A stretch of DNA of 63,205 bases, filler included, from Phoronis australis (taxonomy: Eukaryota > Animalia > Phoronida): assembly GCA_002633005.1 (NCBI GenBank). It is 9 parts of 9 records of this genome, joined end to end, with 100 filler letters (N's around TTAATTAATTAA, not from the genome) between each part and the next. Parts side by side here need not be neighbours in the genome. Positions count along the whole stretch, not along the records: positions 42,018 to 56,311 come from NMRA01000669.1; positions 56,412 to 60,762 come from NMRA01002619.1; positions 60,863 to 63,205 come from NMRA01003727.1; 6 more parts are not named here. One strand, given 5' to 3'. The position numbers were made by a program, and so were the translations under genes. Below, piece after piece: positions 51,310-63,205 of this stretch (positions are counted from its first letter, which is position 1; each line of letters opens with the position of its first letter). Below the pieces are notes generated by a model, which was given only the letters and a program-made list of their open reading frames with translations, was not told where the DNA came from and did no database searches.

Positions 51310-54300
51310 TTGTTGTGTATTAAGGATGGTCAGCAGTGGCGGATGCCTGTGATTTACAACACAGGCCGACGAATTTCACGATGACTCATAAGTTAACCAT
51401 AAAAGAAACATAAAGATTGGTCACTAAAACTTTGCCAAGCCTAGGCTCCCAACTTCAACTGTTCTAAGTCCAAGTAAAATCTGAGTGCACCTCGCTCAGA
51501 CTGGTATTAAATAAACAGGGATACTCCTGACCACATTTGAACCTGTGCCCTTTGGATGACCCTGATGATAAAAAGTGTGTCTTTTCTAAAAAAGTTGTTT
51601 CCGGCAAACTTGGTGTAATTAAGTAGTAACATATGAACTAGAAACCTCAAGGCATTAAAATTAGAATACAGTCATGCTCATGTAAAATTTGCATGAAAAT
51701 AGGAATGGTAATTTACGATCAAATACCGGAAAATGTTAACGGCCTGATCACTAATTTTAATGAAATCTGCAACCTTACACTTAAGTTGTATGGCTGTAAG
51801 TTGACTATTAGAGTGTTGCATTTTGGAAGAGTTCGCTTTAAAAGATGCGCCGGGGGTGGCACTACCGCAATGTACTTGTGCCCTTTTGTATGCACTAATA
51901 GCATAAATGCACATCCAGGAATATTCCTGCATAAACATCAGAAGCCTTCTTTCCTTGATCTCATTGAATTGTCCAAGTTGTGAATGGTGAATTCATAACG
52001 GAATTTCCAAAACAACCACAAAACTCTGATTTCAAGGAGGTTAAATATTTAACATGGCGGATTTTACGTGTACTTTAACTTGTACGCCTGTCGAAGATAA
52101 AATATTGAGTTTGTGCAAGCAACCCCTGGGTCAAAATCAAGAAATTTGTCTGCAATTTAGACTCACATTTACGTGTAATTTGCTTCATTTTATCACTTAA
52201 TAGTAACCTAGAATTTAAATGCAAGCACCTATGTTGTGTTTGATCTTGATATTATAAGGAAGAGATAACCAGGAAGGGACAACTAGCTAATCCACCGTCT
52301 GTGGCCTCCTTCCCCGGATAATTTTCAGGACTTGTGTTTCGTTTAAAAAGAAACAGGTGATTTTATCAGAGAGATTAAAGCTTTTTCTATACAAGGATAT
52401 CAAAAAACTCACTTTCCAACCTTAAACAGTGGTGTAATTGTACTTTGAAGATATCGACTTCAGCGCACTCAATCGCAACTTCCCACACGCAGTCATGGGT
52501 ATTTAGCTTGTCCGTCGATGTATAGATGGCGCAGTAGTCAAGTAATCCCTCATTTGCATATCAAATTTGCATTTGGGAGTTCTGAGACTCTCGTCAGTTG
52601 TTGGTCGAGCCCTAGCTTGAGTGAATAAAGCGGTGACCTCCCGCTGAGAGCACGCGCTGATGAAGATATCACAGCAAACTCGATCGCTTCGCAATCAGGA
52701 GGTGAAAACACTCTCATGGCCGCACTTCTGAATTCCAGCTAAGCAAGTCCTATTTCGAGGAGCGGACTTTGAATTGTTTTCTTCCCCTGACAGTGGATTG
52801 CAGAGCAGATTAGAATGAGGTCAACATCGAACTTTCTGCGGCTACCTATCGTGTTGACAAAGGTTTGAAGTGTCAGAACCATAGACGGAGCGCGCGGGTT
52901 GTCTATGATTCCTGTTCTTCTTCAGTTGACGAAAACATTGCTATCGGCACAAAAAAATCACCGTGGGAAATTCATTTTGAGGTAGATACCTGTATCCAAT
53001 AATAAATATTAATACTCTGTAATATCTCACCCTCCGCGTTTCGGTTTTTTGACGTTGTTTGGGGTTGCGGTATCGTGAAACAACGCCGTCGGGTGAGAGA
53101 AGTTGCACCGAATAATTGGAATTGGCTGCAGTTCATCCTTTAGAATGCCCGGACTCAACTGTGCCGTTTTCTTGGCAAGTCTCTTGCCTGCCGAAATTTT
53201 TCTGAGCATTGAAGACATTGGCCTTCTCCTGCGCCAAATAACCTTTTGTCTGCTACAGAAATGTTATGCCTAATTTTCTACCATTTTAGCACACTTTGTG
53301 GCTCTGCTACAATTAGCAGTGCCATAATCTTATTTCTTAATTCTGCCACAGTATGCATACTTGGAAGTTAGTTTTGCTAGATGTTTTTCAAAATTAAGCC
53401 ACAACAGTTTTTCATCATTAAATGCCTCAAATTCCTCGACGCCATGGACATTTCCGTCAACACAAAACGCACCCTTGACATTCTTAAAAAATCCGATTTT
53501 TTGTGCTATAATTGCTTCGAAGGTCCGGCAGTAACCGTGGCTGGAATGTCGGCAGCTTCGTGACTAAGTCTACATCTAACACCTTTTGAAATTCTCCATA
53601 CTTCAAAATTCGTGTTTGCAGGTGCTGGTGATTGCCATTCAATGGGTTTCATAATAAGAGTCTAGAAATCCGAGTTGTTACACACGCCCACTGACCTGGT
53701 GCTGCCTTACATTTTCACTGGCCTCCTTGCTACAGTCGACTTGCCCAATAGACGAATTAGTGTCCACATTTGTCGTCATTTGCCGGGTACAGGCCCATGA
53801 GACAAGTTGCAGCAACAAACTCAGTACGAATCCATAAACCTTTTACACGCACAATTAAATGCGCAAAAATGCTCCTGTATTTCTTAAACCTTTAATTTAA
53901 TGCTCAAGCTATACAACGAGTGCGTGTTGAAACACAACATTGACCTTGGACCAAAGATGGACTCCTTGCATCAGGACCTTAGTGGGCGGGGGGAGGGCGA
54001 GTCCAACCCCTTAAAAAATTGCATGCCTCAGGGTCAAACCATGGCAACCGACAAAGGTGTTGGACTGGGGAAGGACAAAAAAGAAAGACTTCGAATACTG
54101 ATCAGAGAGAAAATTCAAAAGAACATTGACAACTCGGTATCAGTGTATGGTTTATCATTTGAGGGCCCTGTCCTGGGCAATTGTTGTTAGGGTCTCCGTT
54201 TTTGCAGCATAGATCGTCTAAGCGCCCTTGGAAATGTGCACTTAATCATTCATACATGTATATCGAAAATTTGCGAAAATTTGTAAAGCAACAGTTTTGC

Positions 54301-54336
54301 GGAGCGTATTAATTCAGTCCAAGTTTTGCAGTGGTC

Positions 54337-54410
54337 CATAGGCGGTGCAATATGGGGGGGGGGCTGAGAGGGCTTTATCTCCCACTTTTTTCAGTACTGC
54401 GCCCTCTATA
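54337..54410. mobile_element. Miniature GC-rich inverted-repeat element; related copy in opposite orientation at 44221-44272
   Basis: CATAGGCGGTGCA...TGCGCCCTCTATA. The internal CCCACTTTTTTC matches the reverse complement of GAAAAAAGTGGG near 44240. Confidence 0.55.
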
Positions 54411-55243
54411 CACCTCCGGCATGACACTGCCAACTACTACTCACGAGGGGAAGTTGAGATTCCAAATTCATCAAAAACACAAAACATTCGTGCACAGCAC
54501 AGAAGCTGTCTTGTAAGAAATGGCGATGCGTCACTGAACTTAGTTGAAGCAGACTTCCAAAAATTCGATCCATCATCAGACCACCATATCGCAAAGAAGG
54601 ACACTAAACGATAACAGTGATATTTATGAATGTCGGTCAGCTCTAAACGCTTTATTGAATTAAAAATTAGACTAATGAAATTAAAAAAATTACAAACCGT
54701 AGATCGAAAAAGAAGTTCAAGACATTGCTAATCAATTTGGAAAGATTGTCTTTGCACTTCCTTGATGCTTGTAGTTCCCAGTAGTATTGTGCAATGAATT
54801 TAGGTTCCTCTAAACCGAATCGTTTGCTTGCCATTCCCGTGCATATTGCAAAGGCTGGACACGTCGTGACTCAGTGACGCACCCACGTTAAAAATAAGGT
54901 GTAGTCATGCCGCCAGTAACCTGACCGCGTAGAATCCGCGCACAGTCATTGACGGGAAATGGACTTGAACTGCACTGAGGGGTTGAAGTGTGTCATTTTG
55001 GGACACCGCGTTCATTTTCTCCAGCCGCCCGGCAGAAGCTGGACCAGTGGCCGTGTTTCACAACAAGGAATTTTGACACAGCTCTATAGGCCAAGGATTT
55101 CGGGATCATATCTTTCAAAGAAATCTTCAGGAAAGGACTGTATTAAAATGAACTTTTCCCGAAACTGGGTCCAAAAACGACCTTGGAGCCAGAACACGGG
55201 CATACATGTACTTGTAGGTTCGAGTTAAGCCGCACGTCTCAAA

Positions 55244-55341
55244 TGAATCATAGCGGAGCTGACCAGCGACTAGCACTTGTTCGTCGAATTGCGCATGAAT
55301 CATAGCAGAGCTCACCAGCGACTAGCATTAATTCGTCGAAT
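55244..55341. repeat. 52-bp tandem duplication
   Basis: TGAATCATAGC.GAGCT.ACCAGCGACTAGCA...TTCGTCGAAT occurs twice. Confidence 0.9.
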
Positions 55342-56623
55342 GGGGCTATTCGGAGAATTCTCCTCGCGGTGTCGCTGCTGTACTAGTGGTGATTGAATTG
55401 CGCATGCGTGGCTGTCTGCATGTAAACAACTGGTAAAAGATGGAATTTTTATCAAAATACGTCGTCGCGCTAAGCCTTATTACTGCTAATTTCCCTCGTG
55501 CAAGTCTTCGACAGGTGGCCATAAATTCCCAAAAGACCTAAGGTTACTATATTCGTGGACAATTGCGGTCAACAGGGTCAACTAACTGACAAAAAGTGTG
55601 TGGATGCTGAAGCCCCGTGTGTGCTCTATGTCTATGACTATATGCAGTTCCATTAGAAGGCTACACATACAACATTACTTGGTAAGTTTTTAGCAATCAG
55701 TTTCTATCAACATCGTTCGGTGATGTTTTCCCCACCAGTTACCCCACCGTGAATAACAGTTTTATTGAGTGGAACTAAGTGTTTCTTTTTGGAAACTCAC
55801 CCGATGCCGGGTAGGCTAGCAGCACATATTCATATTGTCCTGGGTGGGAGTGCTCCCAAAATAAGAGGTGTACGTGATGCACAGAAGTCAAGAGTGACTT
55901 TTTCACAGCAGTTTCTCTTCAAAACTATTTCCAATAAAATTCTCTAGATGAGTGAGTTTCCTTATTTTATCGTGGACCCCACCCCCAGGACCACCAGCTC
56001 AGTTATCGAATTAACATGAATAAGCCTTAATTCAGTAAATGTCGTAACATTGCATTGGAAAAAAATTGACACCTAGAATGAATTTTACTTGTTGAGATCA
56101 GAAGCACATTTTAAGTGTCATGAAAAATACACATTGTTAAATCACTTTTAGCCTGTTTCACATATTTTAATTCAGATATTAAATAAGACTTGGGTACAAA
56201 GGTTATTAGTTTCTACTCCTAAACATGAAGATGAAATGTCAAGTATGTTCTGCCTTACAAAAGTAGTTTTGTCTTGTCTTTTCTTTTACAATTTGGTAAT
56301 ATTTCTATTCTNNNNNNNNNNNNNNNNNNNNNNNNNNNNNNNNNNNNNNNNNNNNTTAATTAATTAANNNNNNNNNNNNNNNNNNNNNNNNNNNNNNNNN
56401 NNNNNNNNNNNGAAAATGATACAAAAGTCCACAGCATTATGGCGCGTATGCAAAAATCATAGGTCTGAGCCTAGTACCCCCTTTTTCAGTTCCCGTTTTC
56501 TTATTTCACTAAAAGGTCCACATACCGAAAAATTCGAGCCCCATATTTTAGGCTGGGAGAGCGCATGTATCAGATACGCGATTCATTCTAAAACCAGTAA
56601 CATAATTGCCGATAGAAAAGCAC

Positions 56624-56834
56624 CTTTATTTTTGGAGGTGATGTTCTTTTCGTCGGACAGGCTAGACATGTGCTTATTGAATGCCCTGACTCTTACTCGC
56701 CAGGTGGTGCAGGATGCCGTATACAGAGACGTACTCCTCGATGTAATGTTGGAGGTTTTCCTCAAAGTTGTGTCTGTTCCGTTGGTGTATTCCACTACAT
56801 ACCATCCCGGTGTACCACACCTCCAATCAGGTAC
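56624..56834 (-). CDS. FN3 domain exon (second half)
   Basis: cag|VPDWRCGTPGWYVVEYTNG...WRVRVRAFNKHMSSLSDEKNITSKNK|gtgctt. 211 bp, phase 0->1. Confidence 0.8.
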
Positions 56835-57367
56835 CTGAATGTTGCACAATTGAGCGATCATCGAGGAGGAAGTAAAAACTATAGACTACTACGCAAAAAT
56901 TAAAGCAATGTGACCAATAATCATATTTAAATGTTACAATACAGATCCACATGATGTTGAAAAATGACCGAAATACATTTCTGAGGTGAATATTGACTCG
57001 AACCGATCGTTACATGAACACAGATAATGAGTCAATAATGAAACACATTTAATTCCACCAGCGTTATTTGGAAGCTGATTAGCCGAAGTGATAAGCTGCT
57101 TTGATTGGAATACCGTAGTCCATATGGCTACATGTATATCTCCCGAAATCTTGCATTTACGGAACGCACACCCGTCTTATTAAAGTTGTTGTTGCCATAA
57201 CAACCACAGGAGGTAAATGTCAAGGACAGCCACGAACTGTGAATAAATTGATTATATGGGGGATAAAGAATTAATTTACCATATTGTTGGAAATCAAAAA
57301 GGAAAAACAATTTTTCAAATCAAATTCTTAGCATTGTCTATAATATTTGGAAACAATTCAACCTTAC

Positions 57368-57432
57368 TGGCCAGTTTATGACGATTGTGTTAACTTCGGC
57401 GTTAGACAGGCTTGGTTGGAGTTTTTCTGGCA
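57368..57432 (-). CDS. FN3 domain exon (first half of the next FN3)
   Basis: cag|(V)PEKLQPSLSNAEVNTIVINWP|gtaagg. 65 bp, phase 1->0. Confidence 0.8.
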
Positions 57433-57889
57433 CTGCAATAAAAATATAGGAACATAACTGCAGGCGGTCTAGGACACGTTGTATCAGACGTGTGGAGGAG
57501 ACTCAGGTGATATCAATAAACTAATCAACTGAAACCAATTTTACAGGTATGTTTATTAATCCAGAGTTAAAACCGAGCCACTCTGTCTGCTCTTAAACAT
57601 AAGGTAATGTAACAAAACCCTGAAATTCCCAATATAACTTAAAGTATATATTATTCTTGATGTTTTATTTGTCCCCAATAAGGTAATTGTAACAAAAGTA
57701 AGGAGTGCACTTTAGGTACCCAGTAGCAATAAAGAAACATCACATTACAAACTATCTTTTAATCGTCGCAGAAGTTTGATATGGCTGGTGACATACTCGC
57801 TTTCAAAATAATCAGTTTAAAGTATTTTGTTAAATATAGTACAAGTTGCTAAAAGTCCCTCCCTTAATAAGAAACCGGCTTTATTGTAC

Positions 57890-58198
57890 CTGCACACGCT
57901 TCCACTTCCGGACTGGAGTTGCCAAGCAGACCTCCTGCAACCATTATCCTTATTCTCACTAGGTACACATGGCTCACGTCAGTGTTTGAGATGACGTAAG
58001 AAAATGTAACACGATTTTCCACGTTAGGAACTTCTTTGGAAGTCCACATTCCACCACTCTGTTGCTTATACTCAACTACGTATTTTTCAACCGGTCCCAC
58101 ACCACGATCTGCCCCAATCCGCCAGGCTGTCCACCCGACGGATAAAGTTTGTTCTGTTCTTGACAGGACTGTTGGGGGATCTTTGAATCTGGCAATCT
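57890..58198 (-). CDS. Fibronectin type III domain exon of a cell-surface receptor (RPTP/Tie-like ectodomain)
   Basis: cag|IARFKDPPTVLSRTEQTLSVGWTAWRIGADRGVGPVEKYVVEYKQQSGGMW...YLVRIRIMVAGGLLGNSSPEVEACA|gtacaa. 309 bp, phase 1->1. FN3 W/Y/Y pattern. Confidence 0.85.
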
Positions 58199-61100
58199 CT
58201 GTAATAAAAGTAAGTTATATTGAATCAACCAGCGATTACCGCAAAATGTTATTAATAAGTGATTCCCAAAAAATTTCAACCTTCACATGTACTTTAAGAG
58301 TACGTCTGCAGTTCTGAGATATTTAGGATACTATACGCATTGTCAGCAGTGCGGAAAAGGGAACTATGGCCCTGCATCAGGATTGTGTCGTCAATCTTGT
58401 ATACTGGAAAATCTGTACTAATCCTCTGAACTATATCATCTGATTTTTGAGGATCTATCTCGAGTGAATAGGAGGTTATAGATAGCACATGTCATGCTAG
58501 CCAATACTTAGCTCTTAAATAAGGCTAATGTCTACCAGAGGGCTTTTGATGAAATGGATATAAATCATATCAATGAGAGGAAACTTCATGTTTTGTTTGT
58601 TAGTAGGCCTACTAAAAAATCGAATCCTCTTGACACGTAGAGAAAACTGAAAATGGTTATACCTATTATAATCTGACCATTTTTACCAACGCCAAACGAC
58701 GACGAATCAAATCATTTACCTTATTCTCCTTATTCTACCCTTTGTTTTTGACCTAATGACGTCAATTAAAGACTCGAATGCCAGCCAACGAGCCCAGCCA
58801 ATATTCTAGTTCACGAGCTCACCGGTAGTTGAAAAAATGCGGAGTGACAAGCGAAAAAAAGTCAAATTTTGAGTGAATAAGTCTTTTCCATGGACTTCCG
58901 TGCAGTTATATTTGCTGTATTGTTTCTTAAACAAGAGAAACGTTGAGCGTTGAAATGTGCCTACGATAGCACCAAAACGGTTTGGTTCTATGAAGGTTTT
59001 TAGTACTATAGAAATGCCCATTTGGTGGCGCACAATGCGGCAAATGCATCCGAAATATGCAGGTGGCGTCGTCTCTATTACAAATGTAAACACAACTATA
59101 TTCGAACTTTCATGAAAATAAGTCAAGGTGCTCCTAAGATATGGAGGCAAACATAAAAATACAACTGACACTATGGGTCACAGCTATAGTCCGTCAGGTA
59201 ACTAACTAATCGTCATCTGCTGCCACCTTCACAGAATCCCACCTGTCAAATGTTGCAGATACTTTAAAGGCTCATGGCTACAGCCATAGATGCAAAGAGG
59301 CAAAATTGCCCCTAAACGGCGTCCAAATAGTCAGACACATCCGAAAATCAACATTAAACATGATCTTTGCATCAGGAACACTACTGTCAACTTTCATAAT
59401 CATGCTTTGAATGGCTTGGCAGACAGAGAGGCAGACATCAAAAACATACGCAAACAGTTTTAAATGGCCACAAGGTAGCACAAAAAATACCCAACCTGTC
59501 CGAAAATAGGAAGGCGTTGTCGTCTCCTTAATCCAAAACTATTGGCTGATTTTCATGAAAACAAAGTCCAGAACTCTGAAGATACAGGGGTAAACGCAAA
59601 ACATGCTGCTAGTGGGCACAGTGGTATTTGGATTAGTTTGAAATTTGTCACCGTTTCTCGTCGGCTCCATAGAAAAACATCTTTCAAATTTCACAAAACT
59701 ACTTCTAAGAGTTACGGAGATTCGGCCTCAGACGCAAAAACAAAATCACGAATGGGGATCGAGACACTAGTCACACCCGTCCGAAAGTCTTGGTCAGTTC
59801 GGGCCATATTGTAAAATACACATCTGTAAATGCTCATAATGATGGCAGGTAGGGAGGTGGACGCCAAAAAAGATTAAAAAATAAAAAATGGCCACTAGGT
59901 GGTGCAGAAAACATCACATCTGTGTGAAAATTGGAATGCATCTTCGTATCTTTCATAGAAAGAAACTGAAGATACAAAGGCAAACGTAAAAAAACAGTTT
60001 GCTATTGAGGCACTCCAGTTACTGTTTGTCGACGGCTCCATAGGAAAAAAACAGCTTTCACACTTCACAAAGGTCCTTCAAAGGGTTAAAGACGTACTTG
60101 CATACTCCTAACTGGAATTGTTTAGCAGGAAATAAACGACAATCATACTTGAACATCATCTACGCTAAGCAAACTGCACTTGTATTCACTGAGAACTTGT
60201 AAATGTGAAAACAAAAATAATCTGCAAACAGGTGATCTTTGCCTTAATGACGTAAATTGGGGGCTCACATAAGCCGCATCGAGCAGTGTCAATCCCCAAA
60301 ACCACGTCACGATACTTTCTGGACACGGTGGTGTGATTGACGGCGGATCATTTTGTACACAAAACTCGTTTTTAAAAGCATTTGGCAATCTTCAACCAAA
60401 TTCATATTCACATCATCACTATATGTATTTTTTTTTTCTAATTAATTTGAGCAACCAATCATAGTAATAAGAATTTAGCATGCAATGTCCACCTAAAAGA
60501 GATTCAGCCGAAGACATAAAAGAAAACAAAATCGCCACCGGGCGACCGGTTAACGTCAATCGTGGCTTTCTCAGCAGCAACGCAACTTTATAATGATAGT
60601 TTGAGCGGTATGACAGATAGAGCTCCAGGCAGGTACCAGAAAACAAAGGATGTGAAGCTCTGAAAACATGTGTACAGCCCTCTGTAGGTCTTGTTATGAA
60701 ATACTGATGTTACTACTGAGGTACCCTCAGGCGCAACTAACCAAATGGCAATGACCTCTAATNNNNNNNNNNNNNNNNNNNNNNNNNNNNNNNNNNNNNN
60801 NNNNNNTTAATTAATTAANNNNNNNNNNNNNNNNNNNNNNNNNNNNNNNNNNNNNNNNNNNNGTTATTTTTTTCCGTTTCCCTCAAACAGGCCCAAATAC
60901 TGGTGAAGGGTAGTAGTGTGTTGACTTTAAAATTAGGTCACAACAGGTGAGCTGTTGCAGAACGGCGCCTAGTCATCTGTTGGAGACCTAAAGTCTGGAG
61001 CAGTCAGCTGAACTCACTCAGGCATGAAATTGCCTAGTCCACCCAACTTAAACATGATTGATAGCATGGTTGTCATGGCAAATGGCCTATGAGGATTTTT

Positions 61101-61431
61101 GCAAACGCATATCTGCTTTAACACAATCATTTTTAAAGTGAGATTTTTTGACGGAAGAATTTGTGACAGCATTGTATACCAAGTTTCCCTCATTCTCAGT
61201 TACTTCAAATAAATTATTATTGCCTTTGTTACAGGCATTCATATATCCATTTGATACTCCCCTCCTCAAATGTTTACCTAAAACAATAAAAAAGTCAAGT
61301 TTGTTCAAGTGACTGGGTCCGTAGATACACTCAGTACTAGAAGGGTGATCGATCTATAATTTAATGGACTAGCATTGTATTACGCTGTCTTGGTACTAAA
61401 ATCCACTTTAACCACCAGTTTTGTCTTTCAG

Positions 61432-61614
61432 AACTTGCCGATGTTGGTTTGCCCAAAGGTGGCAGTAGATGTAGCCTTCTCCCTGCCTCCTGAGAGTTTC
61501 CAAGTCCCCAGAAATGACAAATCAGGAAAGATCACTATCCTGCCGCCTAGTGCCGGCGGTAAAACTGCACCCATTAATGTCCGTCTGATATCACATGAGT
61601 ACAGGAAAGGACAG
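61432..61614 (+). CDS. LIPE: Hormone-sensitive lipase exon (end of HSL N-terminal domain)
   Basis: cag|NLPMLVCPKVAVDVAFSLPPESFQVP...ITILPPSAGGKTAPINVRLISHEYRKGQ|gtacta. 183 bp, phase 0. Resembles HSL SLPPEAF...PVLVRLISYDLREGQ. Confidence 0.9.
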
Positions 61615-62175
61615 GTACTAAAGTCTTTTTGGCAGAGGGACATTTTGTCTCATAAAGTTGATTATGCGTTTTCAGTCTGCATCATTACATTGATGTCACA
61701 CTTTTGCTGTAAGCTAAAACTTTGTAGACCCCAGGGGGACTGTTTTGAGAAAACTGACTTAGCTAAGACATATCTTAAATTTCAGTCAATTTTAAGATAA
61801 AACTTAAAAAAATGTCTCAAATCCGTTTCTAGAAAGAGATCTTATTAAGTTTGACTTAAGTTTTTGACTTAATTTTTTATCTTAAAGTTGGCTGTCCTAC
61901 TAGACGTGGAAGTTTCAAAGTTTGGTAGTTGAGACAAATATTAGACTTAGATAAAAATGAACTTGAGTCGGTTTCTAGGATCAGGCCTTAGATTTAAATC
62001 CTTGAAGAAATTCAACATATTTTTATTGACAAATTTCTGGGCGCAACATACATGGTTGGAGAGGCATTATATATTAGCACTCTAAATGTAAATGAGCGCT
62101 TTGTTTTATCTAAATTAGGTGTCCACGAATGGACGAATGCCGAGGTATTGTAGACATTGGCTTATTTGTTTGTAG

Positions 62176-62292
62176 GAATCTTTGGTAGCTCAAGGCAAGG
62201 ATGGTGGCGTGCCACAGTCGGCGCGATCCCCATACTTACTGATCCAGTGCCACGGAGGCGGATGGGTAGCACAGTCATCAAAGACACATGAG
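62176..62292 (+). CDS. LIPE: Hormone-sensitive lipase exon with HGGG oxyanion-hole motif
   Basis: tag|ESLVAQGKDGGVPQSARSPYLLIQCHGGGWVAQSSKTHE|gtaact. 117 bp, phase 0. Confidence 0.93.
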
Positions 62293-62607
62293 GTAACTTG
62301 TTTTGAATCGCATATTTCTTGCTCATGAGTCTCAGGATTGAAACCAAGAGGCGTATTTGTTACTTCGTAATGGTATAACTTGTGGTTCAGTCATCGCGCA
62401 TGCTTAGCACCTTCTAGACTTGGACNTAAATCCTTGAAGAAATTCAACATATTTTTATTGACAAATTTCTGGGCGCAACATACATGGTTGGAGAGGCATT
62501 ATGTATTAGCACTCTAAATGTAAATGAGCGCTTTGTTTTATCTAAATTAGGTGTCCACGAATGGACGAATGCCGAGGTATTGTAGACATTGGCTTATTTG
62601 TTTGTAG

Positions 62608-62724
62608 GAATCTTTGGTAGCTCAAGGCAAGGATGGTGGTGTGCCACAGTCGGCGCGATCCCCATACTTACTGATCCAGTGCCACGGAGGCGGATGGGTA
62701 GCACAGTCATCAAAGACACATGAG
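62608..62724 (+). CDS. LIPE: Second copy of the HSL HGGG exon (probably the other haplotype)
   Basis: Lies in a ~431-bp direct duplicate (61995-62425 / 62427-62857) split by one N. Same peptide, one synonymous change. Confidence 0.45.
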
Positions 62725-63205
62725 GTAACTTGTTTTGAATCGGATATTTCTTGCTCTTGAGTCTCAGGATTGAAACCAAGAGGCGTATTTGTTACTTCGT
62801 AATGGTATAACTTGTGGTTCAGTCATCGCGCATGCTTATCACCTTCTAGACTTGGACTGCATTTGTTTTTCAATGTCATCCCTTGGATCGGTTTGACTGT
62901 TGTGTGATGTGAAAAAGCATTGATCAACCGTAGGAGAATAACGTGTTTGTATACTTGTGTGATCGCTTGGTGGTGTTGGGGCTAAGTAAATGTGCATTTT
63001 TAATGAAATGAATTCAGTCAGATTCAAGTCAGCTAGATATCTGTTTTGGTATGCTGTCTTGTGGGTGGTTCCACAAAGTCAGAAAAAATTGCAGTGAGCT
63101 ACCAGACATTTTGATTTGTAATTTCTGAATCAATTATGTACTTTTTGTGTATTATATAGCAATACATACGCATATTTCGCAACTTTGCACCAGCTTGGCT
63201 ACTGA

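Noticed and set aside
60143-60388. HYR-like ORF (NDPPSITPPCPESI) as an upstream exon of the FN3 gene
   Set aside because: A donor is present, but there is no good acceptor or ATG and the similarity is limited to a few residues.

Overview
This is AT-rich animal genomic DNA with spliceosomal introns and many repeats, probably from a marine invertebrate (inference). It is not prokaryotic. The window is nine contigs joined by eight identical artificial 100-bp spacers (44 N + TTAATTAATTAA + 44 N), so adjacency across spacers cannot be trusted. I read these protein-coding fragments by hand with GT-AG sites and phases: seven consecutive exons of an NRF-6/O-acyltransferase-like gene (-), the terminal exon of CSKMT/METTL12 (-), two juxtamembrane exons of a receptor protein tyrosine phosphatase (-), three fibronectin type III exons (-), and two exons of hormone-sensitive lipase (+), one of them duplicated across a single N. 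The rest is mostly mobile DNA: Helentron/HINE-like elements with internal satellites, a deleted Kolobok derivative with a THAP remnant, an LTR head, two LINE remnants, MITEs with 5- and 6-bp TSDs, and mini/microsatellites. The most notable oddities are a LINE RNase H/zinc-knuckle fragment bracketed by (CAG)n on both sides, a CpG-decayed hammerhead ribozyme just upstream of the CSKMT exon, repeat units loaded with YY1/CTCF/ETS/NRF1-like motifs, and a possible 9-nt microexon born by intronic duplication. I found no clearly novel multi-gene system. All family assignments come from motif recognition, not database searches.
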